Assembly: GCA_964496595.1 (NCBI GenBank)
Contig: CAZCAI010000145.1
Location: 1-11,573, forward strand
DNA from: an uncultured Anaerolineales bacterium
GTDB lineage: Bacteria > Chloroflexota > Anaerolineae > B4-G1 > SLSP01
Reading direction: 5' to 3'
Length of the DNA stretch: 11,573 nt
Shown: in pieces, positions 6,252-11,573 of the stretch
How positions within the stretch are numbered: position 1 is the stretch's first letter
Layout: the number at the start of each line of letters is the position of its first letter
Translations under genes and position numbers: made by a program
Notes under the pieces: generated by a model
The model's database searches: none
What the model was told of the DNA's origin: nothing
The model's input: the letters and a program-made list of their open reading frames with translations, nothing else

Positions 6252-6372
6252 GCCAGGCCCTGTCGGCCAACCTTCCTTCTGCAAGGAAGGCTCCCGCGCC
6301 CGCGTAGGCGGTCGCCTGGCGCGTTAGCGCCTGTCTCAGGACTTCAGTCCAGGATAAACTACCAGGCTTAGT

Positions 6373-6414
6373 AAAAAAGCCAGGAGCCGAGGTTATTATG
6401 ACCTCGGCTCCTGG
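6373..6414 (-). terminator. Rho-independent terminator of the minus-strand slyD-csp operon. The hairpin could also act bidirectionally.
   Basis: Perfect 14-bp stem (6380-6393 with 6401-6414) and a 7-nt loop. A6 at 6373-6378 on the plus strand gives U6 right after the stem on the minus strand. It lies 18 nt after the csp stop. Confidence 0.8.
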
Positions 6415-6431
6415 TCTAAATCAGGGATTGC

Positions 6432-6728
6432 CTACACAAAATTGTCGAATGAGAAGCCGGATGGGTTGGGCTCCTGGGTGCTGTCTTCTTCTTCTTCTTC
6501 TTCCCTTTCGCCGCGCTCTTTGCTGACCACCTCGGTGGCCTTGGGGCCGCGATCGGTCATCTCGATTTTGAACTCGACCTTTTCCCCGTCGTGAAGGGTA
6601 CGGAATCCTGAGCCTGCGATGTTGGAATAATGCACGAAGACATCATCCTCGCCATCCTCCCGCTCAATAAAACCAAACCCCTTCTTCTCATCGAACCATT
6701 TGACTGTACCGTTTAGACTGTCTTCCAT
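6432..6728 (-). CDS. Cold-shock protein (CspA family, cold-shock domain) with an unusual acidic C-terminal extension of about 30 aa.
   Basis: [15 protein letters not shown] (RNP1-like), VFVHYSNI (RNP2-like) and [20 protein letters not shown] form a classic CSD. The tail [28 protein letters not shown] is encoded partly by (CTT)6 at 6485-6502. A GGAGG RBS precedes the ATG at 6728. Confidence 0.9.
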   Translation of the reverse strand: MEDSLNGTVKWFDEKKGFGFIEREDGEDDVFVHYSNIAGSGFRTLHDGEKVEFKIEMTDRGPKATEVVSKERGEREEEEEEDSTQEPNPSGFSFDNFV

Positions 6729-6751
6729 TGTGACTTAAACCTCCAAAAAGC

Positions 6752-7249
6752 TTAATGATGATGCTCGGTGTGTTCGCCATGGACGTGCCCGTGTTCGATT
6801 TCCTGCGGCGTCGCAGGGCGGATGTCCACAACCTCCACATCGAAATGTAGTGTTTCACCGGCCAGGGGGTGATTGTAGTCCACCAACACCCGGTCGTTTT
6901 CGACTTCCTTGATATGCAGCATAACCGTCCCGCCTTCGCTATCTTGCGCAGCCAAAATTTCCCCCGGCTCCAGGCGAACATCTGGCGGAAAGAGTTCTTT
7001 CGCGAGCCACTCTTGCGCTTCTTCGATGTACTCGCCATAAGCCTTTTCCGGCGGTACGACTACTTCCTTCGTATCTCCAACTTCCATAGAACTGAGAGCG
7101 TCTTCCAGCCCCTCGATAACCATTTGATGGCCATGAATGTACTGTAAAGGGTCTTTGCCCTCTGATGTATCAATGACCTCGCCATTACCTAGCCGAACGG
7201 TGTACTCAATGCTGATCACATTGTCCTCGCGGACTTTCAAGTCTGTCAT
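6752..7249 (-). CDS. slyD: SlyD-type FKBP peptidyl-prolyl cis-trans isomerase with IF (chaperone) domain and His-rich C-terminus (metallochaperone-like).
   Basis: YIHGHQMVIEGLEDAL..GDTKEVVVPPEKAYGEY...LHFDVEVVDIRPATPQEIEHGHVHGEHTEHHH parallels E. coli SlyD (YLHGHGSLISGLE...NLKFNVEVVAIREATEEELAHGHVHGAHDHHHD). AGGAGG precedes the ATG at 7249, and csp starts 23 nt after its stop. Confidence 0.9.
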   Translation of the reverse strand: MTDLKVREDNVISIEYTVRLGNGEVIDTSEGKDPLQYIHGHQMVIEGLEDALSSMEVGDTKEVVVPPEKAYGEYIEEAQEWLAKELFPPDVRLEPGEILAAQDSEGGTVMLHIKEVENDRVLVDYNHPLAGETLHFDVEVVDIRPATPQEIEHGHVHGEHTEHHH

Positions 7250-7268
7250 CTAACCTCCTGGGTTATAG

Positions 7269-7309
7269 AAAAAGCCGTTCAAGTTTAACCTTCCCTTAAA
7301 CGGCTTTTT
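7269..7309. terminator. Hairpin flanked by A5 and T5 (bidirectional-terminator-like). It lies between the aminotransferase 3' end and the slyD start, so any slyD transcript must traverse it.
   Basis: AGCCGTTcAAG (7273-7283) pairs with CTTaAACGGCT (7295-7305) with one mismatch and an 11-nt loop. AAAAA sits at 7269-7273 and TTTTT at 7305-7309. Confidence 0.55.
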
Positions 7310-7339
7310 CGTTTCAATGGGAACTACATTTACCCTTAC

Positions 7340-7367
7340 AGTATATTACAGGCCATGGGAATGTCAA
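7340..7367 (-). promoter_or_regulatory. Candidate sigma70-type promoter on the minus strand for slyD-csp. The -35 TTGACA is the reverse complement of 7362-7367, with a 16-nt spacer, and the -10 TATACT is the reverse complement of 7340-7345.
   Basis: Read directly. The -35 is a perfect consensus. The predicted TSS of about 7333 gives an 84-nt 5'UTR containing the 7273-7305 hairpin. Confidence 0.35.
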
Positions 7368-7412
7368 ATTGGGCAGGTATGAGAATTTTGCACTCGATGA
7401 TAATATAGTTGG

Positions 7413-8639
7413 CTATTTCGTGGCTAATTCCTCTTTTACGAGACCGCCGAGACGCTTGATGCCAATCTCAATCATCTCTGGCTTGGAGTTGCTGAAGTTG
7501 AGGCGCATGGCAGTGTGCCCGCCGTCGGCGTGGGGGAAGAAGTGGACGCCGGCCACATAGGCGACTTTATTCTCCACGGCTTTGGGGAAGAGCGCGGCGG
7601 TATCGATGGGTTCCGGCACCCGCGCCCAGAGGAATAACCCGCCCTGCGGACGAGTCCAACTGCTGCCCTCCGGCCAACTGGCTTCCAACGCCCTGAGCAT
7701 TGTATTGCGACGTTCCCGGTAGACATTGCAGATGCTCCGCACGTGGGCCTTGAGGATACCGCGCTGGGCGATATCGTTGGCGATCATCTGATCGAAGGTG
7801 CTGGTGTGCAGGTCGGCGCCCTGCTTGGCGCGGACGAGGCGCTGGACGATTTCCATCGGCCCCATGATCCACCCGATGCGCAGACCCGGGGTCAAGGTTT
7901 TGGAGAAAGTACCCAAATAGAGCGTGCGCTCCGGCGCCATCACCGAGATGGGGGTGATGTCCTCGCCTTCGTAGCGCAGCGCGCCGTAGGGATCATCCTC
8001 GACGATGATGAGATCGTACTTGCGGGCAAGCTCCACCAGATGCTTGCGACGATCCTCCGGCAGGGTGGTGCCGGCTGGATTGTGGAAGTTGGGAAGCACG
8101 TAGATGAAGCACGGCTTTTTCTCCTTGATCGTCTCTTCCAGTTGATCCACACACATGCCATGATCATCCAACGGCACGGTGGCGAATTGGGCCTCATAGG
8201 CGCGCCACGCCTGAATCGCGCCCAAGTAGGTGGGTTGAGCCGTCAGGATGGTGGTGCCCGGATCGATGAAGACCTTGCCAATCAGATCTAACGCCTGTTG
8301 GGAGCCGGTGGTGATGAGAATGTTATCCGGCCCATGCTGGATGCCATATTTGGCGACCGTCGCGGCCAGAAATTCGCGCAGCGGCGGATGGCCCTCGGTG
8401 GTGCTATATTGAAGCGCTTGCTTTGGCTCCTTGTGGAGCAGGTAGTTACACGCTTCCTCGATTTCGCGCACGGGGAACAGCTCCGGCGCCGGCAGCCCCC
8501 CGGCGAACGAGATGACCTCCGGCTGTTGGGTGACCTTGAGCAGCTCCCGGATGGCGGAGCTTCCCATTTTTCGGGCGCGCTGTGAGAGAAAGCGTTCCCA
8601 ATCGACTGGTCCGGTCGGTGAATTAGCGTATACCGTCAT
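7413..8639 (-). CDS. PLP-dependent class I aminotransferase (2-aminoadipate/aromatic/kynurenine aminotransferase family, LysN/ArAT-like).
   Basis: ATG at 8639 with GGAGG. SAIRELLK...ISFAGGLP near the N-terminus and GTFSKTLTPGLRIGWIMGP (PLP-lysine SK motif) are typical of this family. GC3 is high. Confidence 0.85.
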   Translation of the reverse strand: MTVYANSPTGPVDWERFLSQRARKMGSSAIRELLKVTQQPEVISFAGGLPAPELFPVREIEEACNYLLHKEPKQALQYSTTEGHPPLREFLAATVAKYGIQHGPDNILITTGSQQALDLIGKVFIDPGTTILTAQPTYLGAIQAWRAYEAQFATVPLDDHGMCVDQLEETIKEKKPCFIYVLPNFHNPAGTTLPEDRRKHLVELARKYDLIIVEDDPYGALRYEGEDITPISVMAPERTLYLGTFSKTLTPGLRIGWIMGPMEIVQRLVRAKQGADLHTSTFDQMIANDIAQRGILKAHVRSICNVYRERRNTMLRALEASWPEGSSWTRPQGGLFLWARVPEPIDTAALFPKAVENKVAYVAGVHFFPHADGGHTAMRLNFSNSKPEMIEIGIKRLGGLVKEELATK

Positions 8640-8916
8640 ACTTACCTCCTAAATACGGTTGGATATTATTGGATATGGGTACTGTTCAAAAAAATAACAC
8701 CTGCCAGATCTAGCCAGGCAGGTGTGGGGTCTGATACGAATCGCCGCGTCATAACGGCCAACGTCAGGCTAAATATGGCAATCATGTTGGTTAGGCCAAG
8801 AACAGATTGCATACGTGAATTTTTCTCCCCTCGAAAGTCAGAAAGGCAATGAACTGTGATATCGTGTGTGTCACGGCGTGAGGAACACAGCTGTTTTTCC
8901 ATCATGCTTCAGTTGT
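8640..8916 (-). promoter_or_regulatory. Long (about 275 nt) AT-rich 5' leader of the aminotransferase gene, ending in an intrinsic terminator. Candidate riboswitch/attenuator of unassigned class.
   Basis: It is bounded by the promoter at 8923-8951 and the start codon at 8639. It is about 48% GC against about 65% for the flanks. It contains an imperfect dyad GGAAcACAG|CTGTtTTTCC (8882-8900) at +16 to +34 of the transcript, and the terminator at 8688-8725. Confidence 0.45.
8688..8725 (-). terminator. Intrinsic-terminator-like hairpin plus U-tract located 48 nt upstream of the aminotransferase ATG (attenuator position).
   Basis: On the minus strand: ACACCTGCC, an 11-nt loop, GGCAGGTGT, then UAUUUUUUUG. 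On the plus strand the stem is 8697-8705 with 8717-8725 and A7 is at 8688-8694. Confidence 0.6.
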
Positions 8917-8922
8917 ACCTCA

Positions 8923-8951
8923 ATTGTAGAGGAGGGTGATCTACCCGTCAA
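8923..8951 (-). promoter_or_regulatory. Near-consensus sigma70-type promoter on the minus strand. The -35 TTGACG is the reverse complement of 8946-8951, with a 17-nt spacer, and the -10 TACAAT is the reverse complement of 8923-8928.
   Basis: Read directly. The predicted TSS is near 8916, and the promoter drives the leader plus aminotransferase. Confidence 0.5.
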
Positions 8952-9058
8952 CTGCCATTTGACGAAAAATGATGTGAGGAAGGGCAAAGGTGGGGGGATG
9001 CCCGATGCGAAGTACATGCTTGAAGCGTGACGCGCGCCTCTCCCCCTGGGCCATATAC

Positions 9059-9086
9059 TTGCTTGCCCCTTCCTCTGTGTTAGAAT
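9059..9086 (+). promoter_or_regulatory. Candidate promoter for the GT2 gene: -35 TTGCTT (9059-9064), 16-nt spacer, -10 TAGAAT (9081-9086). The -10 overlaps ATG 9085, so the transcript may be leaderless and start at ATG 9094.
   Basis: Read directly. There is no SD before either ATG, and ATG 9094 lies 7 nt after the -10. Confidence 0.35.
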
Positions 9087-9975
9087 GGCCTTAATGGACT
9101 TAGGCATCGTCATTGTGAACTATAATACGCGCCAACTCCTGCGCCGCTGCTTGGAAACCGTCTTCGCTACTCGGGGTGCGACCTTTCGCGTCTGTGTGGT
9201 GGATAATAACTCCCAGGATGGCAGCGCGGAGATGGTCGCCGAGACATTCCCCCAGGTGACGTTGATCCGCAATCGGCAGAACGTCGGGTATCCGGCGGCC
9301 AACAACCAGGGATTGCGGCGCCTGGAATTTACGGAGGGATCGTGGGCGGATGCGCCGGAATTCGGCCTGCTGCTCAACCCCGATACCGAAGTCCCGCCGG
9401 ACGCCTTCGCGCGGATGTTGGCGTTCGCCGAGGCGCACCCGCGCGCCGGCGTCATCGGCCCGAAGCTGGTGCGCCCCTCCGGCGATCTGGACCTGGCCTG
9501 CCGCCGCACCTTCCCCTCGCCCGAAGTCTCCTTCTATCGCATCACCGGACTCTCTAAGCTCTTCCCGCGCCATCGTCGCTTTGGGCAGTACAACCTCACC
9601 TTCCTGGACCCCGATCAAATGGCCGAGGTCGATGCCGTGGTCGGCGCCTTTATGCTCGTGCGCCGCGATGCGATGCGCGAGGTGGGCCTGCTAGATGATT
9701 CGTTCTTTATGTACGGCGAGGATCTGGACTGGGCCTACCGCATCAAGGCCGCCGGCTGGAACGTCTACTACAACCCGGAGGTCACCGTGCTGCACGTCAA
9801 GCGCGCGGCCAGCCGCCAGAACCCCAAATCCCGCGTCGAGTTCTGGCGCGCGATGGAGATCTTCTACCGCAAACACTATGCCGCGCAGACGCCGCGCTGG
9901 CTCCACTACGTGATCCTCTTTGCCGTGCGGGCGCAGACCCGCTGGATGGCCCTCCGGGTCAAGGCGGGGCTGTGA
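9085..9975 (+). CDS. Family 2 glycosyltransferase (rhamnosyltransferase/WbbL-like GT-A fold).
   Basis: GIVIVNYNTRQLLRRCL...VCVVDNNSQDGS...NRQNVGYPAANNQG...LLNPDTEV (the D-x-D region) and FFMYGEDLDWAYR are typical GT2 blocks. The alternative start is ATG 9094. Confidence 0.85.
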   Translation: MALMDLGIVIVNYNTRQLLRRCLETVFATRGATFRVCVVDNNSQDGSAEMVAETFPQVTLIRNRQNVGYPAANNQGLRRLEFTEGSWADAPEFGLLLNPDTEVPPDAFARMLAFAEAHPRAGVIGPKLVRPSGDLDLACRRTFPSPEVSFYRITGLSKLFPRHRRFGQYNLTFLDPDQMAEVDAVVGAFMLVRRDAMREVGLLDDSFFMYGEDLDWAYRIKAAGWNVYYNPEVTVLHVKRAASRQNPKSRVEFWRAMEIFYRKHYAAQTPRWLHYVILFAVRAQTRWMALRVKAGL

Positions 9976-10007
9976 GATGATCGCGATGAAATTATCTGAG
10001 GTACACG

Positions 10008-11423
10008 ATGAAAGCTGAACGCGCGACCCGCCTTTTCATCTTCCTGCTGATCCTGACCGACATGGCGATGGCCGGGTTGGCCTTCGCGGCGGCTTATCTG
10101 CTGCGGCAAGCCATCCCCGTGCCCGATGTGGCCGAGGGTCTGCGTCCCTGGGGCGAATACGTGCCGATGATGGGCATCCACATCTTCTCCCTGGTGGGCG
10201 TCTTCTTCTTCGCGCGGCTCTATAACCTCTCGCGCGCCTCGCGCATCGACGAGTTCTACGACATCGTGGCCGCCGCGACCATCGGCACGCTGATGGGCGT
10301 GGCGCTTGCCTCCTTGACCCTCCGAGACTTCGTCGTCGGGCGGGATTATTCGCGGGCGATGGTACTCTATGCATGGGCGCTCTCCATCCTGCTGGTGACG
10401 CTGGGCCGCTTGCTCAACGATTGGCTGCGCAAATACTGGGTTCGGCGCGGTTGGGGCCGGCGCCGCCTGCTCATTATCGGGATGGGCGACGTGGCGCGGA
10501 TGATCCTCCAGAAGATTCTCTGGACCCCAGAGCTGGGCTACGACGCTGTCGGCGTGGTGACGCTGCACGAGGTGGCCCAATCGTCGCTGTTGAATGTGCC
10601 GGTCGTGGGCACGGCGGACGCGCTGCGGCAGCTCATTGCTGAGCACGAGATCGACGAGGTCATCATCGCGCTGCCGGAGGACACTTCTCACAATGAGATC
10701 CTCTGGCTGATCTCCGAATGCGAGCGCGGGCGCGTGACTATTCGCGTCTACCCCGACCTCTTCCAGATCATGGCCGGGCCGGTGAGCATCGGCGAGATGG
10801 GCGGCATTCCCATCCTCACCGTGCGCGATATCGCGCTGACGGGCTGGCGGCGCCTGGCCAAGCGCGCGATGGATATGGCGGGCGCGATGGTGGGCCTGGT
10901 CTTCTTCTCTCCGATGATGATGATGATCGCCCTGTTGATCAAGCTGGAATCGCCGGGGCCGGTCTTCTTCATCCAGGAGCGGATGGGGCTGGACGCGCGC
11001 CCGTTCCCCATCCTCAAATTCCGCTCGATGCGCGAGGATGCGGAGAAGAGCGGGCCGGGATGGACGACTGAGGACGATCCCCGGCGGACGAAAATCGGCG
11101 CGTTCCTGCGGGAGACTAACTTAGATGAGCTGCCTCAATTCATCAACGTGCTGCTGGGATATATGAGCCTGGTTGGCCCGCGCCCGGAGCGCCCCGTCTA
11201 CGTGGAGCAATTCCGCCGCAGCATCCCCCGCTATATGGATCGCCACCGCGAGAAGGCGGGGATGACGGGCTGGGCGCAGATCAACGGCTATCGCGGTGAC
11301 ACCTCGATCATCGAGCGCACGAAGTATGACCTCTGGTATATCGAGAACTGGTCGCTGCTGTTAGATGTCAAAATCATGATTCGGACGCTGTTGCAATTCT
11401 TCCGATCACCGAATGCGTATTGA
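10008..11423 (+). CDS. Polyprenyl-phosphate sugar phosphotransferase (bacterial sugar transferase, WbaP/WcaJ/EpsL family): the priming enzyme of polysaccharide biosynthesis.
   Basis: An N-terminal set of 4-5 hydrophobic segments is followed by a central Rossmann-like region (RRLLIIGMGDVAR...VIIALPE). The C-terminal catalytic domain has the family hallmarks KFRSM..DAE, DELPQFINVLLG.MSLVGPRPERP, GMTGWAQINGYRG and DLWYIENWSLLLDVKI. Confidence 0.9.
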   Translation: MKAERATRLFIFLLILTDMAMAGLAFAAAYLLRQAIPVPDVAEGLRPWGEYVPMMGIHIFSLVGVFFFARLYNLSRASRIDEFYDIVAAATIGTLMGVALASLTLRDFVVGRDYSRAMVLYAWALSILLVTLGRLLNDWLRKYWVRRGWGRRRLLIIGMGDVARMILQKILWTPELGYDAVGVVTLHEVAQSSLLNVPVVGTADALRQLIAEHEIDEVIIALPEDTSHNEILWLISECERGRVTIRVYPDLFQIMAGPVSIGEMGGIPILTVRDIALTGWRRLAKRAMDMAGAMVGLVFFSPMMMMIALLIKLESPGPVFFIQERMGLDARPFPILKFRSMREDAEKSGPGWTTEDDPRRTKIGAFLRETNLDELPQFINVLLGYMSLVGPRPERPVYVEQFRRSIPRYMDRHREKAGMTGWAQINGYRGDTSIIERTKYDLWYIENWSLLLDVKIMIRTLLQFFRSPNAY

Positions 11424-11527
11424 CGAGTATTTCGTATCGCGTATTCCGTAAAAATTTTTGTAAGAATGACAGGTGGTAGTCGAGCAGTACTTTCCCGTCG
11501 GATAGTTCATTACGCAATGGCTCATGT

Positions 11528-11573
11528 GGGGAATTGGGTGAAAGATGAGGGGGGCGAGGACTAAAGGCCTCTG
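11528..11573. repeat. Copy B of the repeated element (GGGGAATTGGGTGAAAGAT-GA-GGGGGGCGAGGACTAAAGGCCTCTG), truncated by the window end.
   Basis: It aligns to 6192-6251 with 2 substitutions, a single inserted A, and a roughly 16-nt deletion relative to copy A. It sits 105 nt downstream of the sugar transferase stop. Confidence 0.7.

Noticed and set aside
6192-6370. Identification of the structured block as tmRNA, SRP RNA, RNase P RNA or a tRNA
   Set aside because: There is no tRNA-like acceptor/T-arm (GGTTCGAATCC-type) and no tmRNA tag reading frame or UUCGAC context. The SRP domain IV core GGAAGGAAGCAGC is absent despite a CCTTCC/GGAAGG stem. I cannot support any named family from sequence alone.
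6126-6371. 81-aa ORF across the repeated element and hairpin block
   Set aside because: It has no RBS and an Arg/Pro/Leu composition. It runs through multiple perfect hairpins and the duplicated non-coding core, so non-coding structured DNA or RNA is more likely.
7743-8291. Plus-strand ORFs (7369-7560, 7743-8291, 8298-8585) and minus-strand ORFs (7472-7726, 7567-7872, 7940-8197) overlapping the aminotransferase
   Set aside because: The aminotransferase frame carries the PLP-lysine motif and family N-terminal blocks. The others are shadow ORFs.
8640-8916. T-box, SAM, TPP, glycine, purine or lysine riboswitch in the aminotransferase leader
   Set aside because: The diagnostic cores (T-box AAUUAGGGUGGNACCGCG, SAM, TPP CUGAGA...GGGG, glycine and purine cores) were searched by eye and not found. 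Only the generic attenuator architecture is supported.
8666-9113. 79-aa (8666-8905 -) and 80-aa (8871-9113 -) ORFs in the aminotransferase leader, considered as a leader peptide or small protein
   Set aside because: GC3 is low, unlike all real genes here. The first ORF would have to be translated through the terminator hairpin and has no regulatory-codon run or SD, and the second overlaps the promoter. I treat the region as leader RNA, but a short regulatory uORF cannot be fully excluded.
9100-10691. Antisense ORFs over the GT2 and sugar transferase genes (9100-9618 -, 9120-9509 -, 9691-9906 -, 9906-10691 -, 10036-10374 -, 10748-11017 -), plus-frame ORFs 9342-9557, 9350-9694, 9695-9913, 10373-10642, 10718-11071
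   Set aside because: These are shadow ORFs of two confidently identified genes.

Overview
This is a high-GC (about 65%, strongly GC3-biased) bacterial chromosomal segment. The gene content and the leaderless/SD-poor starts are compatible with a Chloroflexota- or Deinococcota-like organism, but the taxon call is tentative. There are 11 well-supported protein genes and no rRNA, tRNA, CRISPR or transposase. On the plus strand: a translationally coupled PP2C (SpoIIE-type) phosphatase and mini P-loop NTPase, then an atypical 751-aa flotillin/SPFH protein; an intrinsic terminator; a MobB-like GTPase, archease and RtcB RNA ligase, tightly linked and probably one operon; and further right a GT2 glycosyltransferase and a polyprenyl-phosphate sugar phosphotransferase. 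On the minus strand: a PLP aminotransferase (LysN/ArAT-like) and a slyD-csp operon. The non-coding observations I would rank highest are these. (a) A 445-nt AT-rich divergent intergenic region carrying a near-consensus promoter, a roughly 275-nt leader and an intrinsic terminator 48 nt upstream of the aminotransferase start. This is riboswitch/attenuator-like architecture, but I cannot assign it to a known class. (b) A roughly 46-60 nt element present twice (6192-6251 and 11528-11573), each about 105 nt downstream of a plus-strand gene stop. The first copy sits in a densely hairpinned GC-rich 180-nt block. (c) 17-bp perfect direct repeats bracketing mobB. (d) A 21-nt perfect palindrome between archease and rtcB. 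(e) A heptanucleotide tandem array at the left edge, upstream of the phosphatase operon. All product calls come from motif-level reading of the translations. No searches were run.
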